The notes beneath the pieces were generated by a model. That model saw only the letters and a program-made list of their open reading frames with translations. It was not told the DNA's origin and ran no database searches. Shown piece by piece: positions 62,417 to 64,000 of a stretch of 64,000 nt of DNA. How positions within the stretch are numbered: position 1 is the stretch's first letter; each line of letters opens with the position of its first letter. Source of the DNA: an uncultured Candidatus Saccharimonadales bacterium (GTDB taxonomy: Bacteria > Patescibacteriota > Saccharimonadia > UBA4664); assembly GCA_964609585.1 (NCBI GenBank), contig CAZSRA010000004.1, positions 27,417 to 91,416 of the forward strand. The letters are read 5' to 3'. A program made the position numbers and the translations under genes.

Positions 62417-63874
62417 TTAACTATCTAGACTCACTCGTAAAGCTAATACTTGCTCAAAACCGATAACCCAGCCAGTTTGGCGGATGCTGCGATAGAGTGG
62501 AGTTTGGAGGAGGTTGCCGCGGCTGTCGTAGACTTCGGGGAAGCCTTTGTGGCGAAGGATGGCGGTTTTGTAGGCGGTGATTTGGGCGTCGGCTGCTTCG
62601 AGGTATGTTTTGGCCTTGGTTTGGCGATAGAGGAGCAGCAGGGTCTTGATATATTCCATGCCCCAGAAGCTCCAGACGGCGTCGCCCCCGTAGGATGCTA
62701 CGGAGAGGCGTACGACGAGGAATTGGCGGCTGGCGCGGGTTTCGTGTTGGTAGCGAACGCCTAAGGGCTGGTCGATCTTTTGAGCCTGGAGGTAGGCGAT
62801 GCTGCGTTCGAAATAGGGGCGTTCTTTGGGGTTTTCGATTGAGAGAAAACCAGTGAAAAGCACTGCTAGCCAATCGGAGGAATAGTAATGGTTTTCGTGG
62901 CCAGCGGGTGACAGGTCTTCGAGGAAGTAGCCGCCTTCTTCGTACCAAAAGGTTTCGAGGATGGTGGTTTTGATTAAGGCTAGGCGATCTAAGTCTTTGG
63001 GAATGAGCCCGAGCTCCATAGCAAGTTGGGTGGTTTTCCAAAAGATAACGTTGTCGTAAAAGGCGCAGGAGCGTTTGGTGATGTCTTTGGCGCCGGAGAG
63101 CACGGCATCGGTGCGAATGAGGTTCATTGTGGGGTCGAAGACGGTGGTGTGGTAATGAGTGTAGAGAGCTTGGAGAGTTTGCGTGTAGTCGCCGAGGAGG
63201 GCGAGGCCAGCTAGCTTCGTGGCGGCTTTGTGCGGGTGGGGCGCGGAGTATTGGTAGAGCTTGGCGCTGGATTCCTTGCCGGTGAGTGCAGCAAGGGCGT
63301 AGAGGAGGCCGTAGACCGTGTCGGAGGGGTAGGCGTGGAAGTTGACGCAAGTGGCGGCTAGAGGGCCGGTGGGTACGATGGTGGTGGTGGGGACGCGGTA
63401 TTTGGAGAAGACGCCGAGACCGTAGGCGACGGTTTGGAGGTAAACGAGCTGACGGTTTTGCCAATCAATTTCGGTACTCGGTATGTTGGGGTCGAGCAGG
63501 GGATAGTAGAAGACGCCGAGGTTGCGTACGAAGAGGCTGTTGAAATGGTCGCCGGAGGTCACGAGGAGTTTGGTGGGATTAAAACGGAGCGCGTGGATGT
63601 CTGCGATGATTGTCTCTACGTTTTGGCCGACGGAAGCGGGGCTCGAAAGGTAGCGGGTATGGAGAATGTGGATACCGCATTTGGCCACAGCAAAAGCGCG
63701 CCACCACCAGTTTTGTCTGACAGTGAGTTTGTGGTTGCGATCGCGAGCTTCGATGACGGCATTGATCATGCGGGCGCGGTAAGGCAAGCGGATAATGCTG
63801 AAGCGACTGAACGGGCTCGTGAGGTGACTGTACGCTACAACGAGCGCCAGGGCAGCAGCGGGAAGAAAAAGCAT
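62417..63874 (-). CDS. glycoside hydrolase-like protein (possible (alpha/alpha)6-barrel, GDE_C/GH63-like)
   Basis: 485-aa ORF; function assignment weak, based on recalled motif patterns only. Confidence 0.4.
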   Translation of the reverse strand: MLFLPAAALALVVAYSHLTSPFSRFSIIRLPYRARMINAVIEARDRNHKLTVRQNWWWRAFAVAKCGIHILHTRYLSSPASVGQNVETIIADIHALRFNPTKLLVTSGDHFNSLFVRNLGVFYYPLLDPNIPSTEIDWQNRQLVYLQTVAYGLGVFSKYRVPTTTIVPTGPLAATCVNFHAYPSDTVYGLLYALAALTGKESSAKLYQYSAPHPHKAATKLAGLALLGDYTQTLQALYTHYHTTVFDPTMNLIRTDAVLSGAKDITKRSCAFYDNVIFWKTTQLAMELGLIPKDLDRLALIKTTILETFWYEEGGYFLEDLSPAGHENHYYSSDWLAVLFTGFLSIENPKERPYFERSIAYLQAQKIDQPLGVRYQHETRASRQFLVVRLSVASYGGDAVWSFWGMEYIKTLLLLYRQTKAKTYLEAADAQITAYKTAILRHKGFPEVYDSRGNLLQTPLYRSIRQTGWVIGFEQVLALRVSLDS

Positions 63875-64000
63875 TAGAGATAGGCTTTATCGATATAGCA
63901 CCAGCGCCATTCTTTTTCGCCAGCGGGTGCTGCGTGGAAGGATTCCATGACGGCGTGGCCCGTGGTTTCAAAGTGCTTGGTGGCATGTAGGCCGACCGAG
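63874..64000 (-). CDS. UBP-type zinc-finger (zf-UBP) protein, C-terminal fragment (gene continues beyond window)
   Basis: reverse-strand translation ...HATKHFETTGHAVMESFHAAPAGEKEWRWCYIDKAYL*; TAATG stop/start overlap with 62417..63874 gene. Confidence 0.55.
   Translation of the reverse strand, partial: SVGLHATKHFETTGHAVMESFHAAPAGEKEWRWCYIDKAYL

Overview
This 64-kb window is mostly housekeeping genes, almost all on the + strand, followed by a type IV pilus (T4P) island at ~31.2-52.4 kb that carries several unusual insertions.

Housekeeping core, in order: sigma-70 C-terminus, polA, fpg, holA, rpsT, an NrnA-like DHH phosphoesterase, truB, rpsO, pnp, a family-4 uracil-DNA glycosylase, RNase J, ftsK, a RodZ-like protein, yajQ, recA-recX, rpsF-ssb-rpsR, efp, tlyA, acs, ychF. 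After the pilus island come xerD, a Wzy_C O-antigen-ligase-like protein with TPR repeats, dedA, an M16 peptidase, ndk, tRNA-Arg(CCU), a PH-domain protein, a parvulin PPIase, tsaC, an FMN reductase, tRNA-Asp(GUC), a glycoside-hydrolase-like protein and the 3' end of a zf-UBP gene.

The pilus island encodes pilM/N/O, pilB, pilT, pilC, two major-pilin-like genes, pilD and four minor-pilin-like genes. Immediately upstream are two tandem modules, each a small membrane protein plus a ~620-640-aa secreted protein. The two large proteins share a near-identical ~270-aa C-terminal domain (~0.8-kb nucleotide duplication).

The most interesting features:
- Between pilB and pilT, on the opposite strand, sits a 2.2-kb array of three promoter-ORF-repeat cassettes. 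They encode two paralogous high-GC secreted or lipoprotein-like proteins and a 53-aa membrane peptide. Each has a near-consensus sigma70 promoter and a conserved ~100-bp 3' module with a GC hairpin.
- Between pilC and the pilin gene there is a high-GC secreted PD40 beta-propeller + SGNH/GDSL hydrolase fusion.
- Three + strand genes have high GC and C-ending codons, against the strong local G3 bias, and so look foreign. One is a DUF5999-like gene that splits the conserved truB-rpsO junction, one lies next to tRNA-Arg, and one is at 30.2 kb.
- Two palindromic operator-like sites flank an ArsR-family regulator gene and a DUF3224 gene.

The window shows very strong strand compositional asymmetry. 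Codons in + strand genes end in G, and codons in - strand genes end in C. Third-position codon bias therefore has to be read by strand before being used as evidence of horizontal transfer.

Gene content and architecture fit a small-genome bacterium, possibly Patescibacteria/Saccharibacteria-like. This is inference only.

No CRISPR array, rRNA, transposase or integrase (other than xerD) was seen.
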